Source: an uncultured Candidatus Cloacimonadota bacterium (GTDB lineage Bacteria; Cloacimonadota; Cloacimonadia; Cloacimonadales; JAJBBL01). Taken from it: 64,000 bases of DNA. A program made the translations under genes and the position numbers. Positions within the stretch are counted from its first letter, which is position 1, and the number at the start of each line of letters is the position of its first letter. Below, piece after piece: positions 27,801 through 36,929 of this stretch. The notes below the pieces were generated by a model that was not told where the DNA came from, made no database searches, and saw only the letters and a list, made by a program, of their open reading frames with translations. Where the stretch lies: positions 8,065 through 72,064 of the forward strand of contig CAZBDV010000007.1 in the NCBI GenBank assembly GCA_964490765.1, read 5' to 3'.

Positions 27801-27847
27801 AAGTAGAGGAAAAACGCCAGGAACGAGAGGAAGATATCAACTATCAT
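24803..27847 (-). CDS. hybrid histidine kinase (N-terminal 7TM, 3 PAS, HisKA, HATPase, REC), CckA-like
   Basis: GGIAHDFNNILT, NLVINALQAM, DTGEGI, FDPFYTTK, GSGLGL, C-terminal REC. Confidence 0.92.
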   Translation of the reverse strand: MIVDIFLSFLAFFLYLQLGLYVLFTKSGSKVNRSFFYLCLSLVIWSFGFMFIHASTDKQIVVFWETVASFGWIFFPALLVNFFFDLNRAQSLLFKSITKLAFFLAGILFFIQSILGNLLTNEYVYIDEQWVFKPDIESIWYLSFMIYLVLSIGISFYLLINWSFKTQVRKEKKQSQIIMATLTLYFAGIFLNSYLLPIIQPVDFPSLIHVTSFLWVIGFSYAIVRYKFLVITPQIAANEIIANMKELLFFLDSEGKIIRINQFTQDILGFDWPEIINKPFESILIDKDLAQQLLSGQNDLEDVKQHDYYLRKKNGEIIPFNLSSAEVKDDAGDILGTIIVGYDVRYEKMLEEALRSSEKKYRELYTMVRLMCDNVPDLIWAKDLDRKYIFANKATCEKLLNTENPEEPIGQSDEFFYQRERDSRSDNKQWFTFADDIVDSDRMTIEKREPGRYLESGFVHGQFTFFDVHKAPFWDENGEMIGIVGCGRDVTQEKRVEEERLKAELALHKEKELLSVTLKSIGDGVISTDISGRIILMNSVAEDLTGWKKEEALGRQFSQVYRIVNPKTEEECNDPVRLVLDSGKIVTYDHYSILVTRTGKRLFVSNSGAPIYNQNGIIIGVVVAFSDVTQKQRIEQELIKIQKLETVGALAGGIAHDFNNILTAIMGNISMVIRKLRRERGFESLTGRLYTAEKACFRAKDLSRQLLTFSRGGDPIKKIIKLEKTIEDTVLFAAKGSKVNCHLNISDDLKAVEVDENQICQVINNLVINALQAMPDGGDLTVNADNIEIGEKSDLPLRAGEYIRMEIADTGEGIAAEQLEQIFDPFYTTKQEGSGLGLSISFNIMTRHDGYLLAASKPGEGSLFTMFIPVARGEYVPESKEKIELSFKGEGKVILMDDDLEIRMTLGNMLESLGFQVIATQNGEETLDIFQKAKAIGEEISFLILDLIIIQGMGGKETITKLKEIDPDIKAIVSSGYSNDPVIAEYADYGFDSAIEKPYTISNLIRAINSMLKS

Positions 27848-28230
27848 ATTCTTGTTACCTTATATGACTTGTTTGGGATAAGCAGTTTTTCAGACAAGAT
27901 TGGAGAACCGGAGTACATGCTAACATTTACCAATAAATTCATTTTATTATCCTTAGCCAGTTTACTGATTTTTTTCATTAGCGTCAGACAACACCAAATC
28001 TCGTGTTGCCACATTTCTGGACGACGTTATGGATAGGAAGGAAATACTGGCAAGCATTTTCTCTATTTATGTTATATTTTTTTAATTATCTATCTACCTG
28101 TCGGTCAAAACTGCAGCGTAATAATTCTGAAGCAGAGAGGAGAACGAAAGGAGGTTTATGGCTTCTACAGCTGGATACAGAGAGAATGTGCTTGACAGAT
28201 ATGCTCAATATATTTTCTGGAATATATTGT

Positions 28231-28307
28231 GCGCCTGTAGCTCAATTGGATAGAGCATCTGACTACGGATCAGACGGTTTGGGGTTCGAATCCCTTCAGG
28301 CGTACCA
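28231..28307 (+). tRNA. tRNA-Arg(ACG)
   Basis: Cloverleaf GCGCCTG...CAGGCGT ACCA; anticodon arm TCTGA-CTACGGA-TCAGA; GTTCGAATC. Confidence 0.96.
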
Positions 28308-28445
28308 TCTTTTTTCGCATGGTAATTTATTTAGATAATCCGGACCGGGAAAATCTTTTAAAGGATTGAGTATCAAAATGGATCATTACGGAATCTAGTC
28401 ATCATAACAGAGTTTTATCAACTGGAGTGTTTTCAGGGATAACTC

Positions 28446-29237
28446 ATGGAGTTTGAAGAGATGAACAGGAAAAAAGTTGCTTTCTATTATTTCAGCGGGA
28501 CAGGTAACACTTTGCTGATAGTCCGGGAGATGATCAAAGTTTTCCGGAAGTTAAACATTCAAGTGGAAGCACATAACATGCTTCATAGCGATCCGGAAGG
28601 AATACCCCTGCATAAGACCATCGGTATCGCCTTTCCGGTAGCCTGTTTTACAACCTATCCATCTGTCCGGGATTTTTTGACAAAACTACCTGACGGTAGA
28701 GGGACAGAGATATTCATGGTCGATACATACAGTTCTTTCTCGGGCTTGCTTACCGGCCAGATACGCTCGATAGTAACGAAGAAAAACTATATCCCAATAG
28801 GGGCCAGAGAGATAAAGATGCCCAACAATTTCAATTTCAAGCCTTACAGAGAAGAGAAATATGCCCGGATCGTCAAAAAAGGATTGCTTCAGGCCAAGTA
28901 TTTCTCACACGACATAGTATATGGTATCAGCAGTTGGAAACCTACCCCATTTATTCCGGTGTTTCTCTCTAACTCAGGTTTTGCGAGGCGCGTTTTTACC
29001 TTTATGAAACGCAAATACGCTCTGTCGATCGATAATATTAAATGTATCCGATGTGGTAAGTGTTACAAACTCTGTCCGGTCGATAATATTGAGATGGAGA
29101 ATTATCCCGAATTTCTCGACAGATGTCAGTTATGTCTCCGCTGCATTTCTTTCTGCCCCACGGAAGCGATCAGATTTAAGGAGAGGGAGGACTTCTATCC
29201 CTATACGGCAGTCGAGTACGAAGACATTATTCAGTAA
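28446..29237 (+). CDS. flavodoxin-like + 2x[4Fe-4S] ferredoxin protein (EFR1 family)
   Basis: YFSGTGNT; CIRCGKCYKLCP and CQLCLRCISFCP. Confidence 0.88.
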   Translation: MEFEEMNRKKVAFYYFSGTGNTLLIVREMIKVFRKLNIQVEAHNMLHSDPEGIPLHKTIGIAFPVACFTTYPSVRDFLTKLPDGRGTEIFMVDTYSSFSGLLTGQIRSIVTKKNYIPIGAREIKMPNNFNFKPYREEKYARIVKKGLLQAKYFSHDIVYGISSWKPTPFIPVFLSNSGFARRVFTFMKRKYALSIDNIKCIRCGKCYKLCPVDNIEMENYPEFLDRCQLCLRCISFCPTEAIRFKEREDFYPYTAVEYEDIIQ

Positions 29238-29319
29238 CCAGAGATCAGCTTTAAGACTTGTTTATAAGGATGTTCAGACATTCTTTCGTTAATATTATGC
29301 TCACCCTGAACGAATGCTC

Positions 29320-30687
29320 TCAATCAGCTTCTGACACTTTCTTCTGGATCTTAATCTCTTTTTGATTCTCTCTCAATGTGTGGATCAACATCTGGTATCT
29401 TTCTCTGACGTCCAGCCTGTCCTGTTTCTCTGGTAGAGATACTTTACTGCCATGATATATCATATCTGCCTGCCGCTTTATAGCCTGACGATGTTCTCTC
29501 AGTTTTGCCTGTGATGCAATGGCAATAAGTGCTTCCAGCAGTCTGATCGTTATAGCAACATTACTCCTGCCGTATTGTCGAATCTGGTCGAAAGCAGCAT
29601 TGGTAACACCGCTGAATGTAATAGGCTTAGCAACAACCCTTAGTTTCTTATCACTGTCATAGCGGTTAGCAGATGGTAATACTCTATTGGTAATGTTACA
29701 GAGGGCAGAACCTAACCGATCAATACAGGTTAAAGCTGTAAACGGGTCATTGATACCGGGTGAAAGAGCTCGTCCTGCAATCTCAACAAGTTGATAGATG
29801 GCAAATTCCGCATCCTGTTCTGGACTCCTTTGTCTGCCCAGGATGAAACAATCGGCGATCTTTGCAGATATGTTATCTTCTATCTCTGTATCATACCTGA
29901 CTGTTACAAGCTTGCTTCCCTCAACGACAAACTCGCCCGGCCGATAATGAATATTCAGAATTATATCTGCTTCCCGGGCTATCTCGACGAGTCCGTTCGA
30001 ATCCATTGCCTGTAAATACCCTGCCTTTGACGCATTTATGTCCTCACTTCTATGGTTCCTATCGATCTCTCTCTCTGTCTCCTCCACCTCTGATTCGTCA
30101 AACTCTTCCCCGATCTCCTCAGGAAAGAGACGTTTGACATTTTCGACCAGTTCGGTATAGACAGAAGCAATGAGAGAATCGGCCTGGATCGAAGTAGCGA
30201 TGTAATGGATGAAAAATATCAGGATCCCGACGTTACCGAGAGCGAGAATCATGGAAAATACTATTGAGAATCGGGGAACATAATTATCTCCTTCTATGCT
30301 TCTGACCGTACCGAGAATCAACAGACAATAAATAAAAGTCGAGATAAAAGTCCCCAAAACGACTTGATTACGGGGGTCTTTCATAAAATTTCTCATCATA
30401 CGGGGCCCGAATTGAGAAGAGGCAAGAGTGAGGGCTACGATCGTAATCGAGAAAGTTAAACCGGCAATAGATATCATCGATCCGGCAATCGTGGAGAGCA
30501 CGGAACGCGCCCCTTCCGGTCCTCCTGTAAATAGAATTCCGGTGATCTGAAAAGATTCATATTCCAGGCTATTATCGATTCCTATCAAGACCTGAGCGAG
30601 AATAATCGCTCCCAGGACCATCAAGCCGGGAATGAACCAGAAGCTGGTTCTTACGTCTTGCCATATATGCAGGAGTTTAGTTAACAT
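29320..30687 (-). CDS. DUF2254-family membrane protein (ORF track start 30711)
   Basis: SFWFIP, LASSQFGPR, ALSPGINDPFTA motifs; GGAGG SD before ATG 30687. Confidence 0.85.
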   Translation of the reverse strand: MLTKLLHIWQDVRTSFWFIPGLMVLGAIILAQVLIGIDNSLEYESFQITGILFTGGPEGARSVLSTIAGSMISIAGLTFSITIVALTLASSQFGPRMMRNFMKDPRNQVVLGTFISTFIYCLLILGTVRSIEGDNYVPRFSIVFSMILALGNVGILIFFIHYIATSIQADSLIASVYTELVENVKRLFPEEIGEEFDESEVEETEREIDRNHRSEDINASKAGYLQAMDSNGLVEIAREADIILNIHYRPGEFVVEGSKLVTVRYDTEIEDNISAKIADCFILGRQRSPEQDAEFAIYQLVEIAGRALSPGINDPFTALTCIDRLGSALCNITNRVLPSANRYDSDKKLRVVAKPITFSGVTNAAFDQIRQYGRSNVAITIRLLEALIAIASQAKLREHRQAIKRQADMIYHGSKVSLPEKQDRLDVRERYQMLIHTLRENQKEIKIQKKVSEAD

Positions 30688-30802
30688 CTTGATCCTCCCC
30701 CTCTTCTCCAACTCTTATTATCATAATTACGCTATACTCATATTACCGGTTACTTTTAGCCCGGGAACCTCTTAAAGGCTCTGGGAACCTTTGATTTCTC
30801 TT

Positions 30803-33800
30803 TCAAGGAAGGGTTCGTTTCGGCCTGTTCCGGAAATCGGGTTTGAGATAGGGATATTTCTTCATCTCTTTCAAGATGACTTCCAGACCCCTGTCCAGTT
30901 GAGGATCCTTTCCTGCAACATAATCCTGCGGTTTGATATCGACATCTATATCGGGATCGGTACCGTAATTCTCTACCCCCCAGCCGACATCTCTGAACCA
31001 GAAGGAGAATTCCGGCTGTGTTGTCATTCCCCCGTCAACGAGCCTGTTTCTGGGTGAAATTCCTATGACACCACCCCAGGTCCTTTTACCAATCAGTTTA
31101 CCGAGTTTCATCAGCTTGAAGGAATGACTGAATATATCTCCGTCTGAGCCGGCAAATTCATTGGTCAGGGCTACTATCGGGCCTTTGACAGAAAGATCAG
31201 GATAGGGTTCATAATCGTACCAGCGAGTGAGGTCAAAGCCGATCCTCTTTCGGGCAAGTTTCTCCAGTAGCAGCTGTGATACATGCCCGCCGCCGTTATA
31301 TCTGACATCGACAATCAGAGCATCTCGATCATATTCTGTCAGAAAATAACGGTGAAACTCGGCATAACCCACTCCCATCATATCGGGGATATGGACATAG
31401 CCGACCTTACCTTTCGTTTTCTTATGGACATATTCCCTGTTCTTCTCCACCCATTCCCGGTAACGAAGCTGACTGTCAGAGCGAAGGGTCTTGACTGTCA
31501 CTATTCTCTCGTTCCTGCCGTTCTTATCGGCAACTGTCAGTTGCACCTCCTGCCCGGCAAAGTTTACCAGAGCTTGTTCTGGCGTGAATTCCTTCCTGAG
31601 CTTCTGGCCGTTAACAGCCCTTAACTGCATACCGGTTGTTATGTTCAAGCCCGGTTTCTTCAGCGGAGGTGGATTCTTATGATCCCAGACATCACCATTG
31701 ACTATATGTTCGATCAAATAACACCCTTTACTCGTATCATACCTGAAATCTGCCCCGAGCATACCGATCTGATAGTAAGGGGATTTTCTGTAATCACCAC
31801 CAAACTCATAGGCATGAGAAGTTCCGAGCTCTCCTTGCATCTCCCAGACCAGATCGGAAAATTCTCCCCTGGTAGCGATCCTTCCCAGAAGAAGATAGTA
31901 TCGTTTATAGATCTTCTTCCAGTCTATACCGGACATATCTTCTACCCAGAAATAATCGCGCTGTAAGCGCCAGGCCTCGGCATACATCTGTTTCCACTCG
32001 GCGGAAGGATTGACTGAGATCCTGATCCTGTTTAAATCGACCCAGCCGGTCTCACGATTATAACCATGTTCTTTCGACAGGTTCGCTGGATCAGCCAGAC
32101 TGGAGATGACTCGCAGCTTCTGTTTCTGGAATATAACGAGAGCAGAACCATCTCGGGAGAGCCTGAATCCCGATATACCGCTCATCATAGTCTCCTCTTT
32201 CTGCTTGTCGAGATCATAGTATTTCAGTATCAGTTTTGGTGTCCTCTCCATCCAGTTACCATCGTCAAGTACTCCGCTTATCGGATTGACAACATAGAAA
32301 ATCCTCTTTCCTGCAGCAGAGATAGCATAATAGTTGGCTTCTTCAACAGGAAAGGGAACGATTCTCTCTTCTATACCTGCCAGGTCGACCTTGACCTTGA
32401 ACTCACCCTTATCCTTTCCCTTTTTGCCCTGCTTCTCCTCTTTTTCGCCGGAGTTGCCGAAACCCTTTGGTTCAAGGTCGAAGGGGGGTCTGGTCTCTTT
32501 AGCCAGAGGGATCACATAAGGAAGGCTCCCTCTTGGAAAGCCTAAGTCAAAGTGTAGAGAATCATAAACAGGATTCAGGATACGATAAGAGATTAGATAG
32601 AGATATTTGCCATCGGGACTGAAACAGGGATCATAATCTGACAGGACCGGCCTGGTTACCTGATAACTTTCATTTTTATCCAGACTGTATAGATAAATCA
32701 CTCTCGTCGTCCGCGAGATATTACTGGAATAAGCAATCCATTTACCGTCTGGCGACCAGCTTGCTGAACCTGTCTCTCCGTATTTGTTTCGTGCTATGAG
32801 CTCAGCTTTGCCAGACTTGAGATCGAACCAGAAGAGTTCGTTACGATGATTACTGAAGAGGATATGATCATTCTTCTTATCAGGAGAAACATCGAGTGAC
32901 ATGAACCGTCCTGTGTCTTTCAAATTTATACTCTTTCTTTTCTCGTTCTTGTCAGCTGTATAGATCTCCAGATGCTCTTCTCCTCCTTCATCGCTGACTG
33001 TTACTATCCTTTTACCGTCGTTCAGCCAGCAGGAGAGCCTGTAGCGAACACCATCGGCCTGGCCGGACTGAATAACTCCACCTTCCCAGTTCGCCATGTT
33101 ATAAAGCTTACCTCTACATCCCAGGGCAAGCCTGCTGCCATCCGGATGCACATCACAACTCTCCAGATATTTGACTGCGGGAACGAACTTCCGCTGTCTC
33201 TGAACAAAGGGGGAATTATAGACAATCTTAATCTTCTTATCCTCTTTTGCCTTCAGGTCATAACAGTAGATATCTGCACCGGCATGATATACTATCTTCT
33301 TTCCGTCCGTTTTGGCATTCCTGGCATAATACTCTTTCTGTTTCGTATGTTTCCTGATATCGTTTCCGTCCGGATTGACAGAGTAGATATTGCCCACACC
33401 TTCGTGGTCAGAGATAAAATATATCCTCTCACCAATCCACATGGGAGAAGTGAAATTACCCTTTAACTCGAACAATCTTTTAAAATTCCCTCTGCCGGTT
33501 TTATCAACCCATAACTCTCCCGCTGTTCCGCCCCGGTATCTTTTCCAGGTTGCAGGTTCCATAGCTTTTCTGCCGAGTACGACCCCTTTCTTACCAAAGC
33601 TTATCGCTGTAGCCATACCGTAAGGTAATCTCTGTGGCTCTCCACCTTCAGGACTGATGGTATATAGATAAAAATCCTGCCGGAAAGGCTGGCCGTGATT
33701 GCTATAGAAGAGAATCTCTCCATCTTTCCAGCCCAGAACACGACTATTACTGCTCAAATAGGTCAATCTTCTGGAACTCCCCCCTTCGGCTGGCATCACA

Positions 33801-34012
33801 TAAACTTCCGGACTTCCCTCTTCACTCCCCATAAAGGCGATCAACCTGCCATCCTCTGAAATTGAGGGAGATGAGGCAAAACCAACTCCTGCTGTAAGAC
33901 GAACTCCGACTCCACCAGAAGTATTAACAGTCCAGAGATCATCCTCTGATACGAAAACGATCTGATTTTTACTGATAGTAGGATGACGATAGTAACCGTT
34001 AGTCTGTTTCAT
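30803..34012 (-). CDS. tricorn protease (S41) homolog
   Basis: Two beta-propellers, WKRYRGG, ELGTSHAY, PDZ, DVRYNGGG, AGSDGD catalytic Ser, RTWGG; no signal peptide. Confidence 0.95.
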   Translation of the reverse strand: MKQTNGYYRHPTISKNQIVFVSEDDLWTVNTSGGVGVRLTAGVGFASSPSISEDGRLIAFMGSEEGSPEVYVMPAEGGSSRRLTYLSSNSRVLGWKDGEILFYSNHGQPFRQDFYLYTISPEGGEPQRLPYGMATAISFGKKGVVLGRKAMEPATWKRYRGGTAGELWVDKTGRGNFKRLFELKGNFTSPMWIGERIYFISDHEGVGNIYSVNPDGNDIRKHTKQKEYYARNAKTDGKKIVYHAGADIYCYDLKAKEDKKIKIVYNSPFVQRQRKFVPAVKYLESCDVHPDGSRLALGCRGKLYNMANWEGGVIQSGQADGVRYRLSCWLNDGKRIVTVSDEGGEEHLEIYTADKNEKRKSINLKDTGRFMSLDVSPDKKNDHILFSNHRNELFWFDLKSGKAELIARNKYGETGSASWSPDGKWIAYSSNISRTTRVIYLYSLDKNESYQVTRPVLSDYDPCFSPDGKYLYLISYRILNPVYDSLHFDLGFPRGSLPYVIPLAKETRPPFDLEPKGFGNSGEKEEKQGKKGKDKGEFKVKVDLAGIEERIVPFPVEEANYYAISAAGKRIFYVVNPISGVLDDGNWMERTPKLILKYYDLDKQKEETMMSGISGFRLSRDGSALVIFQKQKLRVISSLADPANLSKEHGYNRETGWVDLNRIRISVNPSAEWKQMYAEAWRLQRDYFWVEDMSGIDWKKIYKRYYLLLGRIATRGEFSDLVWEMQGELGTSHAYEFGGDYRKSPYYQIGMLGADFRYDTSKGCYLIEHIVNGDVWDHKNPPPLKKPGLNITTGMQLRAVNGQKLRKEFTPEQALVNFAGQEVQLTVADKNGRNERIVTVKTLRSDSQLRYREWVEKNREYVHKKTKGKVGYVHIPDMMGVGYAEFHRYFLTEYDRDALIVDVRYNGGGHVSQLLLEKLARKRIGFDLTRWYDYEPYPDLSVKGPIVALTNEFAGSDGDIFSHSFKLMKLGKLIGKRTWGGVIGISPRNRLVDGGMTTQPEFSFWFRDVGWGVENYGTDPDIDVDIKPQDYVAGKDPQLDRGLEVILKEMKKYPYLKPDFRNRPKRTLP

Positions 34013-34439
34013 AGAACCTCCAGTAATTGAACACAGGTTTGTGCCTCAATAACCGGACAGACCTGCAGTCAATGAATTTGTTACCAATGTGAGTTAAATA
34101 GCCACCTTTTGTCAAATTTAATAACAAGTTATACACCATTTTTTTTCACCAGGCAATCCAGGTTGATTATAACAGCAACCAATTCTTTTTCTGATCGGAT
34201 CTTCCATTTCTTAGGCAATCATGCTCTCGAGAGTAAATCTGGGCCTGGTTCACAATCTTTAACTGAAAAAGAGTGCAATGATCTTATAAGATCATAGTTA
34301 TCTTATCATACTCCAGCAGATAACTCCAGACTAAATCATAGCAGTTCGGAAGACAAAATTATTGACACAATACTCAATTTTAATGGTTTTGGCATAGGAT
34401 ATGAAAAACTAACATAGTGATAAAAGGAAGGAGATACTT

Positions 34440-34802
34440 ATGAAATCATTGGAAGAATTACGCAAGATTCGTGAGAAAGCACAGCAGGAAATGAAATTCC
34501 GTGGAAGCGATTACAGAATCAAAGTCGTTGTAGGCATGGGAACATCCGGGATAGCAATGGGAGCTCGTGATGTTATGAAAGCATTTCTGGAAGAGATCGA
34601 AAAGAGGTCTTTGAAAGATATTCAGGTCACCCAGACAGGAGAGAAAGGACTCTCCTCAATGGAACCAGTGGTCGATATAATCGAAAAAGATAAACCCAAG
34701 ATCACCTACGGTTATCTGACCCCGGAAAAGGTAAAACGAATAGTAGCAGAACATATAGTAAATGGCCAGATTGTAGCCGATTATGTGGTTGCTTCTGAAT
34801 AG
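34440..34802 (+). CDS. HndB-like thioredoxin-fold ferredoxin subunit lacking cysteines
   Basis: MKSLEELRKIRE..VVVGMGTSGIA.GAR..EPVV..TYG..H..NG pattern; first gene of hydrogenase operon. Confidence 0.8.
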   Translation: MKSLEELRKIREKAQQEMKFRGSDYRIKVVVGMGTSGIAMGARDVMKAFLEEIEKRSLKDIQVTQTGEKGLSSMEPVVDIIEKDKPKITYGYLTPEKVKRIVAEHIVNGQIVADYVVASE

Positions 34803-34882
34803 CAAAGATAAACCTGCTCACAAACCAATATCAATTGAAATCAGGGATAAAGACAAACAAAATCACCTATAGGGAGAGAAGT

Positions 34883-35341
34883 ATGTATAAAGATATTTGT
34901 CAGAAATATACTCCAACAAAAGATAATCTGATCTACATCCTGCATGATATACAGGATAGCCATCCACAGAACTATGTCTCAGAAGAGGCAGTTGAAGAGG
35001 TTGCTGATTATCTCAAGATACCGGTTAATCACATCTACGGTGTTCTAACTTTTTATACGATGTATAGTACTAAACCGAGAGGAAAATACGTCATCAGGCT
35101 TTGCGAGTCACCACCATGTTATCTCAGAGGGTCGACCAATATTTTGAAAAAGCTGAAAGAACTACTAAAAATAAAGGCAGGAGAAACTACCACTAACGGG
35201 CTGTTTACTCTGGAACTATGTGCCTGTTTAGGGCTTTGTGGTAATGCACCCGTAATGATGATCAATAATGATTTCTACGGTGACCTCAACGATGATAAGG
35301 TTGAAAATATAATCAATAAACTACAGGAGACAGAGGTATGA
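34883..35341 (+). CDS. NuoE/HndA-like [2Fe-2S] hydrogenase subunit (ORF track start 34835)
   Basis: TFYTMY, CESPPC...CLGLC..AP; GGGAG SD before ATG 34883. Confidence 0.9.
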   Translation: MYKDICQKYTPTKDNLIYILHDIQDSHPQNYVSEEAVEEVADYLKIPVNHIYGVLTFYTMYSTKPRGKYVIRLCESPPCYLRGSTNILKKLKELLKIKAGETTTNGLFTLELCACLGLCGNAPVMMINNDFYGDLNDDKVENIINKLQETEV

Positions 35342-36918
35342 AGTATTTCCGTAACCTGATTCTGATAGAGACAAATGAATCTTCTATCCAAAAAGGGTCT
35401 AAGGAGATATTTCAAGCATTGAAAAAAGAATTAATGAATAAAGATCTGACTGACGAGATCAATGTCCTGGAAACCGGATCACTTGGACTCTTCGGAGAAG
35501 GAGTTTGTGCTGTAGTCTATCCTGATAATATCGTCTACTGCAACCTGACTTTAGACGATATTCCAGAATTGATCGAAGAACACTTCGTAAAGGGTAGAGT
35601 TCTTACTCGACTGGTCATGAAGAAAACTGTCAGGAATGATATCCCGCTCGGTTATGAAAAGAGAATAGTCCTAAAGAACTCAGGAGTTATTAATCCTGAA
35701 AATATTAATGATTACTTAGGCGTCCAAGGTTATGAAGCCTGGGAGCATGCTCTTCTGAAGAAGAAGCCGGAAGAGATCGTCGAAATAGTAAAAGCATCTG
35801 GCTTACGCGGCCGTGGTGGAGCTGGATTTCCCTGTGGCCTTAAGTGGAGTTTCACTTCCAGTATCGAATCAGAAAACAAACATGTGGTAATCAATGCCGA
35901 TGAGGGGGAACCGGGAACCTTTAAAGACAGATTGATTATGGAAGGGGATCCTCACAAACTGTTGGAAGGGACAATGATCACGTCCTATGCTGTTGGAGCA
36001 CATACAGCTTACATCTACATCAGAGGTGAATATAAACTCTGTATAGAACGACTGCAGAAAGCAATAAAACAGGCCTATGATTATGGACTGCTCGGTAAGA
36101 ATATCTTTGATACCGGCTATAACCTGGATGTCTATCTCAGAATAGGTGCCGGTGCTTACGTATGCGGTGAAGAGACTGCCCTGATCGAATCTATGGAAGG
36201 TAATCGCGGTAATCCCCGTAACAAGCCACCTTACCCAGGTCAAGCCGGTTTTCAGCAGTATCCAACTGTCGTCAACAATGTCGAAACCGTAACCAATATT
36301 CCTTCAATAATTCTCAAAGGTGCTGATTGGTATAAGAATATCGGCACACCAGAGAGCCCGGGAACTAAAGTATTCACTATCCTCGGTGATGTTGATGTAC
36401 CCGGTCTCTGTGAAGTCGAGATGGGAACCACCCTCCGAACGATTATTAACAGATATGGTGGTGGCATGAAGCAGGGAAGCCGGTTCAAAGCTGCGCTTGT
36501 TGGTGGAGCAGCAGGTATATTCATCCCTGATGAGATGCTCGATGTAAAAATGGATTTCTATAGTCTGGCAGAATATAAAGCAATACTCGGTTCCGGTGCA
36601 ATTCTTGTTATGGATAACTCGGTCAATATCGCTGATATGCTCGAATCAATCATTCGCTTCTTCCGTCACGAATCGTGTGGAAAGTGTATGCCCTGCAGTA
36701 ACGGAAACGAGATGCTATACAGATCTATAAAAGCAATTAAAAGAGGAGAAGCTGACGAAAGTGAGCTCGATAAGATGGTTATTATTGCGGAAACAATGCA
36801 TAAAACATCTTTCTGTGCTCTGGGTCAATCTCTCTTACTTGTGGTAAAGAGTGCAATCGAGAACTTCAAAGATGATTTTCTGACCTATTTAAGGAACAGA
36901 AAAGCAGTGAATAATTAA
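35338..36918 (+). CDS. NuoF/HndC-like FMN/NAD(H)-binding hydrogenase subunit
   Basis: GLRGRGGAGFP, NADEGEPGTFKD, GAGAYVCGEETAL, ESCGKCMPC, CALG; ATGA overlap with upstream gene. Confidence 0.93.
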   Translation: MKYFRNLILIETNESSIQKGSKEIFQALKKELMNKDLTDEINVLETGSLGLFGEGVCAVVYPDNIVYCNLTLDDIPELIEEHFVKGRVLTRLVMKKTVRNDIPLGYEKRIVLKNSGVINPENINDYLGVQGYEAWEHALLKKKPEEIVEIVKASGLRGRGGAGFPCGLKWSFTSSIESENKHVVINADEGEPGTFKDRLIMEGDPHKLLEGTMITSYAVGAHTAYIYIRGEYKLCIERLQKAIKQAYDYGLLGKNIFDTGYNLDVYLRIGAGAYVCGEETALIESMEGNRGNPRNKPPYPGQAGFQQYPTVVNNVETVTNIPSIILKGADWYKNIGTPESPGTKVFTILGDVDVPGLCEVEMGTTLRTIINRYGGGMKQGSRFKAALVGGAAGIFIPDEMLDVKMDFYSLAEYKAILGSGAILVMDNSVNIADMLESIIRFFRHESCGKCMPCSNGNEMLYRSIKAIKRGEADESELDKMVIIAETMHKTSFCALGQSLLLVVKSAIENFKDDFLTYLRNRKAVNN

Positions 36919-36929
36919 GAGGTGTAAAG

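Noticed and set aside
28003..28338. 111-aa ORF
   Set aside because: Overlaps tRNA-Arg and its promoter region; no protein features
28308..34012. Genomic island integrated at tRNA-Arg
   Set aside because: No integrase and no duplicated tRNA 3' end seen
34109..34127. Rex-box-like TTGTCAAATTTAATAACAA
   Set aside because: One base too long for TTGTGAA-N4-TTCACAA, several mismatches, and far from the hydrogenase start
34389..34405. sigma54-like TTGGCATAGGATATGAA before hydrogenase operon
   Set aside because: -12 reads GA instead of GC and no enhancer pair was found; a TTGACA at 34362 is an alternative
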